The position numbers and the translations under genes were made by a program. 64,000 nt of DNA from Octopus sinensis (lineage: Eukaryota), in the NCBI RefSeq assembly GCF_006345805.1, contig NC_043004.1, positions 38,130,001 through 38,194,000 on the forward strand, in the 5' to 3' direction. The notes beneath the pieces are model-generated. The model saw only the letters and a program-made list of their open reading frames with translations. It made no database searches and had not been told where the DNA came from. Of the stretch, positions 55,219 through 64,000 are shown in pieces; within the stretch, counting starts at the first letter, position 1; each line of letters opens with the position of its first letter.

Positions 55219-55450
55219 GTGGAGGCGCAATGGCCTAGTGGTTAGGGCAGCGGACTCGCTGTCGCAGGATCGCGGTTTCGATTCCCAGACCGAGCGTTGT
55301 GAGTGTTTATTGAGCGAAAACACCTAAAAGCTCCACGAGGCTCCGGCAGGGGGTGGTGATCCCTGCTGTACTCTCTCACCACTCTTTCTAAGCCTGCTCG
55401 CTTAGCCAGCGGGGTGGCGTCATTGTGACCAGCGATGTGTAACAACATCT
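55219..55450 (+). mobile_element. SINE family 2 with an alternative 3' half
   Basis: Same tRNA-like head as 10541; diverges after cactcttt. Confidence 0.85.
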
Positions 55451-56586
55451 GATATATATATATAAATCATCACTAAATTCACATAAGCAAATTGCTTAAT
55501 CACTTAATTCCTAAAGTGGTCGATGGCGAGTACTTCGTTAATCTACTATCCAGTGACTCTTGCAACCTCCCAGGCTGAGTGGATCGGTCTGTCCTTGTAC
55601 TAAGACCTTCCCACCGTAATATATTCACACGCAGTTCTTGTGTTGAAGATCATTTTTCTCTTCCTCGCAAAGTTCATTGACGTAATGAACAATAAGTCGG
55701 CTAACATTTAGAGGGATCCCCTGAGTCTCGGTTACAGTCTTCTCTAAATTATTCAGGGCGATAGACATTGCTGTTGTAGGATAGCCACATTTGTTCTGTA
55801 ATCAGGGACGAACCTACTTTAACTGTCCAGCTTGACACAGCTAGTAGATTACTCACCCACGAGGTGGAAATACAAAAAGGGAACAAAGTAAATCCTTTTA
55901 AAAGCATGGAATTCCCAAACTTAATGGACAAGGACAAATGAACGAAACCCAAAAAGAAAAGAACCCACATAGGCAAAAAGCATAAACGCTATAAAAAAAT
56001 AGAAGATCACTGCAGCCCTGGATAAAACTAAGTTTGTGAATGAGGGATCTCTCTCAGAATTACCTAGAAGCTATTACGTCTGGTAAGAGAACCTAAAAAC
56101 CAAGGGCTGGACTTAGGAGTAGGCTTTACAATAAGAAGCAGCTTAATAAATTAGTTTCCACTTTCTCAATCGATGAAAGCGAGTTATGAAGGAAATTATG
56201 TCTACACCTTAACTAGAACCAATATACAATGATAAACAGATCATATTATTTCAGAAAAACTAGTACTGATGAAACAATTGTACAGCTCTCTGCCGACTTC
56301 CACTCCACCTTGAGATGTGTATGAGTCAAGGATATGATTAACGTGCTGGGGAACTTCAACTCCTCCTGAATTGGACGGAACACAACAATGCCTACATGCA
56401 TAGGCACAGATATATATATATCGAGAGAGAGAGAGAGAGAGAGAGGGGGGGAGAGAGGGAGAGGAGAGAAATGAATATTTAGAAAGTAACACAAACATAT
56501 AGCGATGAGAACTCTCAACCTACGACAAGCATATTTCTCACGAATCTTTTGCAGTCCCTGTTGTGGCACCTACATTCGGCTTTCTA

Positions 56587-58430
56587 CAGTGGTTCATTGG
56601 CGTACGTGTGTCCCAACTAACGAGTTGTTCGAAATACGAGATGTCTCTCGGCCGATCTTTTGCTTTGACTTGTGAGCTAACATTCGAGTTACGAGCCAGC
56701 TTCAGATACCCTGCTGCTAGTTGGCGTAGCGAACGCTACAGTGAACGCCATAACATCCGCCCAGCATCTCGTGTCTCACTCGATAGCTAGACAGATATGC
56801 ACGTTAGAAAGTGCGAAGTTCGTTAGTGGATTGTTAGCTAGACGGGTGGTAAAATGCTTATTTAATCATTGTAGGCTATAGAAGCATCAGTGTTGTGCTT
56901 GCAGTTATTTTTCAAAACTTCGTTTTTTTCAAACATGGGTCCGAAGAAAGTGAGTGCGAAGGACAGTGGGGAGAAGAAGCGGGTGATGTGCATTGAATTA
57001 AAGAAAGAAATTATCAAAAAACATGATCAAGGTGTGCGTGTAGTGACATGGCGAAGCAGTATGAGCGTAGCATGTCTACGATCTGCACCATACTGAAGCA
57101 GAAGGAGTCGATAAAGGCTATGACGCCAGCCATTAAAATAATTTCTAAACAGCAGACATCTATCCATGAAAATATGGAGAAGTTGCTGACGGTATGATTG
57201 ACGGAGAAGCAGCACGCAAGAGATCCCGTGACGGAGGCTATAATCTGCGAAAAGGCACGAGCGATTTACGTTGCTTTGCTGCAGCAGACCCCATGCAGTT
57301 GTACGGAGGAGGTATCAGGCGAACCGTTTAAAGTTGATCGGGGCTGGTTCGAGAATTTTAAAAAGTGGACCGGCGTTCAGCCCCTTGTCAGTTATAGCAG
57401 CCGAAGGATACCTCCACCAGCAATCCTTCGATTGTGACGAGACAAGACTTTAGTGGAAGAAGATGACAAAATGGACTTTTATAACGGCAGAGGAGAAGCG
57501 GCTGCCAGGCCACAAACCCATGAAAGGATAACTCTTGCACTGAGCGCCAATGCGAGCGGTGATTGCAAGATTAAGCCACTGTTCGTTATCATTCGGAAAA
57601 CCCCAGAGTCACATAAGATTTTGAAGGAAAAACTGCAGGCTATATTGAGGGCAAATCCAAGGGCGTAGATCACCAGGCATTTTTTTGCGGAGTGGGTGAA
57701 TTTGGTCTTTGGTCCTGACGTTAAGAAATATCTCCAGGAAAATAACCCGCCCCTGCAAACCCTTCTCGCCCTGGACAAAGCACCTGCTCACACACCGAAC
57801 CTCGAAGATGACATCGTCGAAAGGTTCAAGTTTATAAAGATTCTCTATCTTCCACCCAACACCACCCCTATCCTGCAGCCCATAGACCGGAAAGAGATTT
57901 CTAATTCTAAGAAGCTCTTCACCAAGCACCTGTTCCGCCGCTGCTTTGAGGTGACGGAGAGCACAAACCTCACTCTTCGAGAGTTCTGGAAGGACCACAA
58001 TAACATCGTGAAATGCTTCATAATAATCGATATGGACTGGCAGGGCGTGACAAAGAGCTCCTTGACTTCTGTGTGGAAGAAGCTATGGCCTGAGGTTGTG
58101 TCTGTAACGGACTTCAAAATACTCGAACCCGAAGCGGCTGTGGTGGAGGAGATTGTATCCCTCGGCAAGTCCATGGGCCTAGATGTGGAGGAAAGTGGCA
58201 TCAATGAGCTCATCGAGGAGCACTCCAAGGAACTGACTGCGGAAGAGCTAAAGAAGCTACAGACGCAGCAGTACACGGAGATTTTGCAGAAAATAGGAGA
58301 CGCGGAGGAGAAGGATAAAGGAAATGTTGGGAGTGACTTTCAGACTTTACTCGAAAGAAACATCCAGAAAAAATTGCAACTAGGCGTGCAATGACATTTT
58401 AATGACAATTTAATGACACTTGCCAACGTG
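56587..58430 (+). mobile_element. Decayed Tigger/pogo transposon (TIGD1-like transposase ~56935-58394), right end missing
   Basis: TA-CAGTGG start; MGPKKVS...IELKKEIIKKH, GWFENFKK, FDCDET, RITLALSANASGDCKIKP, LDKAPAH, YLPPNTTPILQPID; frameshifts and stops. Confidence 0.92.
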
Positions 58431-58720
58431 AAATAAAGGACACAACGCGTCGCCGGGAATTGAGTTAACGACCATACAATCGTGAGCCGAATGCCCTAAC
58501 CACTAAGCCACGTTAAGTAGGCTTTATATTATTATAGTGTTTATAGAAGAAGCGCGGGTTTCAGTTATCTCTTATTATTGACATTGTTAATGAAGTTATA
58601 GCTGAAGTGTCGTTTTAATATTTTAGTTCAGGTTATAGCAAAGTGTGGGTGTAATTATCAATAGATTTGTATTAAGTGGTTGAATTTGTACATACGTAGG
58701 TCTTATGCATAAAGTACCTT

Positions 58721-59396
58721 AATATTGGTTTCAAATTTCGGCACAAGGCCGGCAATTTTGGAGGAGGGGTGAATCGATTGAATCGACTCCAGCGCTTAAC
58801 TGGTACTTATTTTATCGACTCCGGAAGAGATGAAAGACAAAGTCGACCTCGGTGTGATTTGAACATAGACCGTGAAAACGGGTGAAATGCCGCTAAGCAT
58901 TTTTCCCGCCGTACTTAATAATTATGCCAGTTCGCCATTTAAACCAATTTAATGGAACTATTGCTGTTAAGGCAGCGAACTAATGGAACTATTGCTGTTA
59001 AGGCAGCGAAACGTTAGCACGCCGGACAAAATGCTTAGCGGTATTTCGTCTGCCGTTACGTTCTGAGTTCAAATTCCGCCGAGGTCGACTTTGCCTTTCA
59101 TCCTTTCGGGGTCGATTAAATAAGTACCAGTTACGCACTAGGGTCGATGTAATCGACTTAATCCCTTTGTCTGTCCTTGTTTGTCCTCTCTGTGTTTAGC
59201 CCCCTGTGGGTAGTAAAGAAATAGGTATTTCGTCCATCTTTTCAGTTCTGAGCTCAAATTCCCCCGAGGTCGAATTCACTTTTCCTCCTTTCCAGGGTCA
59301 ATAAAATAAGTACTTGGCAAACACTGGGGGTCGATGTAATCGGCTTAACCCTTCCCCAAAATTTCTGGCCTTGTGCCAAAATTTGAAACCAATATT
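58721..59396. mobile_element. Head-to-head pair of family 1 SINEs (58721-58940 -; 58970-59396 + dimer)
   Basis: Outer ends aatattggtttcaaattt.ggcacaaggcc / ggccttgtgccaaaatttgaaaccaatatt; ~30-bp tandem duplication at ~58951-59010. Confidence 0.88.
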
Positions 59397-59857
59397 ACTA
59401 TTGGTATTGATGTGTTCTGTTGTGGCAGTGATGACGTAGGGTTTAGGGTGGGATAGCAGTGGTCTGAAATAGTTGAGTTTATTAGTGGCATCATTGGTAA
59501 GAGAGTTGGAGGTGTAGGAATGTCTGTGGTGGGTCAGTAGAAGTGAGTCGGGTGAAAAAATTGATTTGTTTCTGTTTGTTCATGAAAATAAGTTGGCAAA
59601 ATATAAAAGAAAAAAGAAGAAAATATTTAAAAAATAAGTATGAATAAATACTTTAAACTAAACATAAGGGTTGAAACAAAAAAATTACAAAGAACATTAT
59701 GCTATAAAGAAGAAACAGAAGTTACATGATAGCTTAGGGTTATCTTATTGTCTTAGTCCAATGAAAGATATACCTCACAATAGTGTTTCATTTCGTTTGG
59801 GGAAGCAAAAAAAGTTATTTATAATTTTACTAATTTTACATTTGATTTTACATATAA

Positions 59858-59916
<59 letters not shown>

Positions 59917-60049
59917 GGTATGTATGTATGTATATATAATCGTTATATTGTGTATGTATCTTTGTTATTTTTTTCGTTTTTAAATTTCATATCATGAATT
60001 AAAAGAGAGGCCCGGAGAGAGGGGGAGACAGACAGAAGGGTATGAGAGA

Positions 60050-60118
<69 letters not shown>

Positions 60119-60318
60119 AAAGAAGTGGGAAAGACAAACTTCGTCCATTTTGCTTGTGAATACAAATTGTAAATCTTACTTCTTTCAGGAAACCTAAAAA
60201 CTTTACTTTTGGAAATAAGTTTCTTTGCAATCCCCGATCACGAATAAAGACTCACATAAAGGTTTAAATGAAGAAACAAACATTCATCCAGATTCAATTT
60301 TTAAAAAAAAATCTTAGA

Positions 60319-60351
<33 letters not shown>

Positions 60352-61161
60352 CATTATTATTAATATTGTTATTGTTGTTGTTGTTGTTGTTGTTGTTTAA
60401 CACCCAAGAGCATTTTGAATTTACAGGATTTCTCCAACATTTTCATTAAATTATGAGAATATAAAGAACCGACAAGATTTGTAAAGACCACAACGAGAGC
60501 AACACATTGTTTTTGCACCGAAGGCAACAGGCGTATAAATGTAAGGAACAAAACGTGCGTGCGCGCGCACTCACACACACACACACACACACACATACAC
60601 ACACACACATGTACATACATCAACAAAAAGTAAATAAAAGACAAATCAATAAAAATATAGCAAACCCAACAATCACCATGAACAAAACGTTAAAAAAAAA
60701 CACAAAACTGCTATCACCGCAAATACCGCAAACATCGCTAAAACAAATACCTTATTAATGTCTGCTTTTAAAAATATTCTGTTTTCTTTCTCTTTAACTG
60801 AAAGCGAAACAAAAGGATAGGTTGACAAAAAAAAAAAAAAAGAAAAGAAAAGAAAGAAAGCAAGAAACGTTAAAAAGAATCAGGAAATTTATATAAAAAA
60901 AAATGATATTGGAAAATTTTGTTCATTTGATTGTTTTTTAAATGCCAAATATTTGTAATAACGATATTTACAAGATTAATCAATAGTGGTTTCAAGTTGG
61001 CATAATGATATAGAACAAAAGAACAAGGAGACAATGAAGGAAACCTATACACGGTCGCTCGACCTGTTAAGAATATCAGTAAGAAATACCTTATTTCCAT
61101 CATTTAAGAAGCAACTGAAAAAAAAAGAAAAAAAAGTAAAAGATAAAGAAAGAAATAACAA

Positions 61162-61572
61162 CAGCAGGAGTGGCTGTGTGGTAAGTAGTTTGTTTACCAA
61201 CCACATGGTTCCGGGTTCAGTCCCACTGCGTGGCACCTTGGGCAAGTGTCTTCTACTATAGCCTCGGGCCGACCAAAGCCTTGTGAGTGGATTTGGTAGA
61301 CGGAAACTGAAAGAAGCCCGTCGTATATATGTGTATATGTATATGTGCGTGTGTGTGTTAGTGTATCTGTGTTTGTCCCCCTAGCATTGCTTGACAACCG
61401 ATGCTGGTTTGTTTATGTCTCCGTTACTTAGCGGTTCGGCAAAAGAGACCGATAGAATAAGTACAGGGCTTACAAAAGAATAAGTCCCGGGGTCGAGTTG
61501 CTCGATTAAAGGCGGTGCTCCAGCATGGCCGCAGTCAAATGACTGAAACAAGTAAAAGAGTAAAAGAGAGAG
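61162..61572 (+). mobile_element. Full-length SINE family 3; inverted tail copy at 61615-61810
   Basis: A-box-like tggctgtgtgg, B-box-like ggttcagtccc, CORE-like accttgggcaagt, internal microsatellite, tail (gtaaaaga)n. Confidence 0.92.
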
Positions 61573-61893
61573 TAAAAAAATAACAACTTCGAAAAATGTA
61601 ATCCTATTCTTCATTCTTTTATTCTTTTACTTGTTTCAGTCATTTGACTGCGACCATGCTGGAGTACTGCCTTAAAGGGTTTTAAAGAAATCGAACCCTG
61701 TACGTATTCTTTGCAAGCCTTGTACTTATTCTATCGGTTTCTTTTGCCGAACCGCTAAGTTACAGGGACATAAACACATCAGTATCGGTTTTCAAGCGAT
61801 GGTGGTGTGTGTGCATCTGCGGGCAACCACAGATATACGTACAAATACATACATACATACATACTACATACATACATACATACATACATACAT

Positions 61894-62044
<151 letters not shown>

Positions 62045-62378
62045 TAAAAAGGGTGGCTTATTAGGACTTAGAACTTTAAGGCCAAATTAATAGAGGTCAC
62101 AAAAGTGACAGAAGGTACTGACTAGCACCGCTTTTGCTAAAGATGGGAGTTAAACTTACTTAAAGTCACAAACGCACAGTCTTAAGTGACTGACAAAGGG
62201 AGGTAAGTCCCACTGCGTGCATAGCAAGATCGCGATTTTCGGATTTTCATGTAGACCTTCTTAATCCTCCTCAACGGTTCTTAACGCCTCGAGTTAAACT
62301 CAACTACCTCTGTTAGTCGGTAACCGTTGCAAACGTGTTCTGATTTTCGAACGTTGCAAGTGTAAGTCAATTACCTTA

Positions 62379-62636
62379 GTGGAGGCACATGGCCTAGTGG
62401 TTATAGCAGCGGACTCGCGGTCGAGGGATCGCGGGTTCGACGCGGCTCCAGCAGAAGGTAATGGCGAACTTCTGCTGACTATTTCGCCACAACTTTCTCT
62501 TACTCTTTCCTCCTGCATCTTGCAGCTCACCTGCGATGGACCGGCGTCTCGTCCAGGTGGGGAACCTATACGCCAAGAAACCGGGAAACCGGCTCTTATG
62601 ATCCAGGTATGGCTCGAGAAGGAACAAAAAAACATG
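62379..62636 (+). mobile_element. SINE family 2 with TSD caattacct
   Basis: caattacct at ~62368 and ~62638. Confidence 0.9.
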
Positions 62637-62888
62637 CCAATTACCTCACTTTGTCAGTCACTTAAGACAGTGTGTTTGTGGCTTTGCGTTAGTTTAACTC
62701 TAGCGGTGCTACTCATTACTCTCTCTCACTTTTGTAACCACTATAAATTTGCCTTTAGGCTTTAATTGCTAATAAGCCAGCCTTTTTAATTTGTTGTTTA
62801 CAATTTTACCGTTTCGGAAATCAGTACACGTTTTCAACGGTTTTTTTCTTATAAGACTGACAATGATAGTTTAACCCAAGGCGTTAAG

Positions 62889-62944
62889 AGCCGTTGACAA
62901 GGATTCAGATGGTCTACGTCAAAATCCGAAATCACGATCCGGCT
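62889..62944 (+). ncRNA. Type I hammerhead-like motif, U3:A8 variant
   Basis: agccg | TTGACAA | ggatt...aatcc | GAAA-TC-AC-GA-T-C | cggct; predicted cleavage after C62939; the paralog at 62222-62279 (-) has palindromic ATCGCGAT. Confidence 0.65.
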
Positions 62945-62976
62945 ATGTATGCTGGGGACTTACCTCTCTCTGTCAG

Positions 62977-63021
<45 letters not shown>

Positions 63022-63029
63022 TATATATA

Positions 63030-63190
63030 CGACGGGTTTCAGGTTCCGTCTACCAATTCCACTCACAAGGATTTGATCGGCCCGCGAGGCCATAGTAGAA
63101 ACATCTGCCCAAGGTCCCACACAGTGCGACTGAACTCGAGACCGCGTAACTGCAAAGAGAGCTCCTTAACCACGCAGCCACGCCAGCCAT
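63030..63190 (-). mobile_element. Diverged family 3 SINE head+CORE
   Basis: Reverse complement tggctgcgtggttaag...accttgggcagatg. Confidence 0.75.
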
Positions 63191-63249
63191 GCAATATATA
63201 TATATATATAATATATATATAATATATATATATATATATTCATATATAC

Positions 63250-63322
<73 letters not shown>

Positions 63323-63326
<4 letters not shown>

Positions 63327-63412
63327 GGTTGTATACTGTCAATCTAACGTGAACGTGACAGTAGTAACTCCCTACTGTCACGTTCACGTTACATTGACAG
63401 TATACAACCATT
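63323..63412. repeat. ~90-bp hairpin
   Basis: aatggttgtatactgtcaat(c)taacgtgaacgtgacagtag-taactcc-ctactgtcacgttcacgtta(c)attgacagtatacaaccatt; one mismatch in ~40 bp. Confidence 0.93.
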
Positions 63413-64000
63413 CTATCGCCCCACCACCGTACATATCTCTATGAGAGATTTAGAAATTTAATATTTCTGATATATATATATATATAATATATATATATAT
63501 ATCCGATGAAGCGTATGCTCTGGGCCCTCTCTTGGTGCGGGGCCGAATTTGAACAATTCAGTTTAATTGGCGTAAAAGCGGCCCTGTTTAGAATTTATGA
63601 CGTTCACAATTCTCCCAAGAACATTAACAACACATGTTTGCGTAAACTCTTTTACTGGAAATTCGTTCAATTGATGAACCACTTGATAAAATAAATAATT
63701 TGCTTTTCTTACAATAAGACCTTGTCTATTATTTCACTTAATGAATCGTAATGGTTTTACTGACCACGCGTTGCAAAGATGATTGACTTTCGATGTCAAA
63801 AATATCCAGTTCTCGATGCCTGTCTATGTGTATCATAGCGAGTATTACGTACATGTTAATGCATATATATTAAATTTCTTCGGTAAATGTAAAGTCTGCA
63901 CCCTTATATGTATTATATATGTGCTTTTGAAATAGGATCACTTTTAAAAAACACATATCCGATGTCTTAATACACACAAACACACACATATATACCTACA

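Noticed and set aside
55470-56400. Possible LINE remnants (KSSPWF and NVYRP on -; NVLGNFN on +)
   Set aside because: Only isolated motifs; clade and boundaries cannot be supported.
60751-61063. Possible non-coding exon on the minus strand (branch-like TACTGAT, acceptor AACAG, donor AAG|GTATTT)
   Set aside because: Such signals are common by chance in AT-rich DNA, and there is no ORF or other support.

Overview
AT-rich, microsatellite-dense eukaryotic DNA with one 100-N gap. The SINE families and repeat landscape point to an octopod cephalopod (inference). No intact host gene can be supported; there is one weak candidate first exon at 17673-17721 (-). Nearly all ORFs in the supplied track are translations of microsatellites or SINEs. 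The window is a graveyard of nested mobile elements: a decayed Tx1/L1-clade LINE (23745-27244), a full-length DD34D mariner (45555-46846), a Tigger/pogo transposase relic, RTE, R4/Dong, Penelope and Gypsy fragments, a Helentron-type element, three tRNA-derived SINE families and several MITE families. The most interesting signals are: (1) about six hammerhead-ribozyme-like motifs, some with a covarying U3:A8 core, in inverted or circularly permuted ~0.3-kb units that resemble retrozymes or Penelope pseudo-LTRs; (2) a SINE whose 3' tail matches the 3' end of the Tx1-like LINE, with both repeatedly found joined to the heads of other SINEs; (3) a MITE with 8-bp TSDs that carries internal (TTAGGG)n; (4) an HDV-like ribozyme fold at the 5' end of a small RTE-type element. 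Coordinates of decayed repeats are approximate, and family names come from motif recognition, not database searches.
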